Shown: one piece after another, positions 28,531 to 29,475 of the stretch | How positions within the stretch are numbered: the stretch's first letter is position 1 | Layout: every line of letters starts with the position of its first letter | Program-made: the position numbers and the translations under genes | DNA from: Pseudomonadota bacterium | Lineage (GTDB): Bacteria > UBA10199 > 2-02-FULL-44-16 > DYJF01 | Length of the DNA: 29,475 nucleotides | Assembly (NCBI GenBank): GCA_043823065.1 | Contig: JBDRBB010000017.1 | Coordinates: 1-29,475, forward strand | Direction of reading: 5' to 3' | The notes under the pieces: model-generated | Seen by the model: the letters and a program-made list of their open reading frames with translations, nothing else | What the model was told of the DNA's origin: nothing | Database searches by the model: none

Positions 28531-28863
28531 ATGAAACTTAAAACACTACAAATTCTCAGCGTCACAACACTAGCTCTCTTAAATCCAATATATGCCCAAG
28601 CCATGTGCGTGGAAAATTGCGAAGCTCAAGCAGCCAGGCCAGCAATTATTGATTACGGCTCATTTAATCAGGCTCAAGCCGGACAAATGAATTTTCGTGA
28701 GAACAGTCACAACATGGGTGATGTAAAAAATAGCGTGTTAGGCGATATGCACATTCAAGTTGGCCATGAAAAAATTGATATACGCACAGAATCGAATTCC
28801 AATAATAACCAAATTGATACTTCGATTAATTCCACAATTATTTTGGGAGATATGAATAATTAG
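28531..28863 (+). CDS. Small secreted Asn-rich protein (putative minor subunit/nucleator)
   Basis: SD GGAGG; signal ...YAQA|M; CVENC; GDVKNSVLGD and IDTSINSTIILGD match the C-terminus of 27870. Confidence 0.8.
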   Translation: MKLKTLQILSVTTLALLNPIYAQAMCVENCEAQAARPAIIDYGSFNQAQAGQMNFRENSHNMGDVKNSVLGDMHIQVGHEKIDIRTESNSNNNQIDTSINSTIILGDMNN

Positions 28864-28872
28864 AGACCGGTC

Positions 28873-28919
28873 TGTCATCGCGAGGAGCCCTGGGCTTGCC
28901 AAAGGGCAACGTGGCGATC
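28873..28919 (+). repeat. GTCATTGCGAG-family REP variant with inserted hairpin
   Basis: TGTCATCGCGAGGAG-CCCTGGGCTTGCCAAAGGG-CAACGTGGCGATC. Confidence 0.7.
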
Positions 28920-28940
28920 CCGGTTTAAGAGAGAAACAAA

Positions 28941-29309
28941 ATGAAACTAGCTCTTAAAATTTTTATAGCAGTACAAATAACATTCGCCCCTTTGTTGACC
29001 TTGGCGCAAGCAGAAGATGAGCAGATGCTAAACAATATTCGACGCTTGCGCTTAAAACAGCAAGAGCAAGAAGTGGTAATCCGGGAGCAAAAATTTGTGC
29101 ATGTGGAAAGTGAAGAGCACTGCACACCTGTGCAACAAACCAGACAGCGGCTACGCGATATTGAAGACTATGATGAAGATAATGGCTATGACAATGTCAC
29201 AATTAATGCTGGCCATGAAGAATTAAATGTCACTGATAACCATGGCACCATAAATTCAGATATAAATATTCAGATTGTGGAACAAGGAGAGTCCAGGCCA
29301 TGCAAATAA
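28941..29309 (+). CDS. Small secreted protein sharing the GHE motif with 28531
   Basis: Signal ...LAQA|E; NVTINAGHEELNV...INSDINIQIV vs DMHIQVGHEKIDI...IDTSINSTII; two Cys. Confidence 0.78.
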   Translation: MKLALKIFIAVQITFAPLLTLAQAEDEQMLNNIRRLRLKQQEQEVVIREQKFVHVESEEHCTPVQQTRQRLRDIEDYDEDNGYDNVTINAGHEELNVTDNHGTINSDINIQIVEQGESRPCK

Positions 29310-29475
29310 GAAAAATCATTATTACATCTTGGGCAATCCTCTTAACTCTTTTGCTGCAAGGCAATGTTTGGGCAGGACAGCAAGTACTCAGCAACCTCTC
29401 CAAACAAGGGCCCAAAATGCGCGTGGCTGTGGCCAAGTTTGGGGCTACAGACCGGTTTACTTCTGTTTATGGCGG
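29300..29475 (+). CDS. Partial (5' end) CsgG/HfaB-family protein
   Basis: Not in the ORF track; translated by hand: SD AAGGAG, MQIRKIIITSWAILLTLLLQGNVWA|GQQVLSNLSKQGPKMRVAVAKFGATDRFTSVYG. GPKxRVAVxxF resembles the first strand of CsgG/HfaB-type domains. Runs off the window. Confidence 0.55.
   Translation, partial: MQIRKIIITSWAILLTLLLQGNVWAGQQVLSNLSKQGPKMRVAVAKFGATDRFTSVYG

Overview
AT-rich bacterial chromosomal window, probably from a deltaproteobacteria-like lineage (Myxococcota/Bdellovibrionota-related). This is inferred from the rpsA-sppA-ihfB-HIT-lapA gene order, a myxobacterial-type beta-barrel and a Cys-rich lipoprotein. Housekeeping and metabolic content: hopanoid genes (hpnO, hpnN) with an outer-membrane beta-barrel gene; greA; a large surface lipoprotein; a TatT-associated TRAP (TPAT) transporter; a DUF116 protein; thiI; class II ribonucleotide reductase nrdJ with two NrdR boxes and a structured leader; an orphan HTH-MNT gene whose partner appears deleted; thyA-folA; rdgB; tRNA-Pro(UGG); and the rpsA operon. 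Two uncharacterised loci stand out. (1) A sigma-54-driven operon at 27.8-29.5 kb encodes three secreted Asn/Asp/Ser-rich proteins that share motifs, followed by the start of a CsgG/HfaB-like protein. It is a candidate non-curli, non-Fap functional amyloid or fibre system. (2) Three tandem small helical Gln/Ala-rich genes at 21.6-23.0 kb lack clear signal peptides and share a C-terminal (Y/F)-x(0-1)-G-[NS]-P motif, resembling translocator or ejection proteins. Intergenic DNA holds several REP-like palindrome families and four heptamer-periodic hairpins, each directly 5' of a start codon. All calls come from reading the sequence; no database searches were run.
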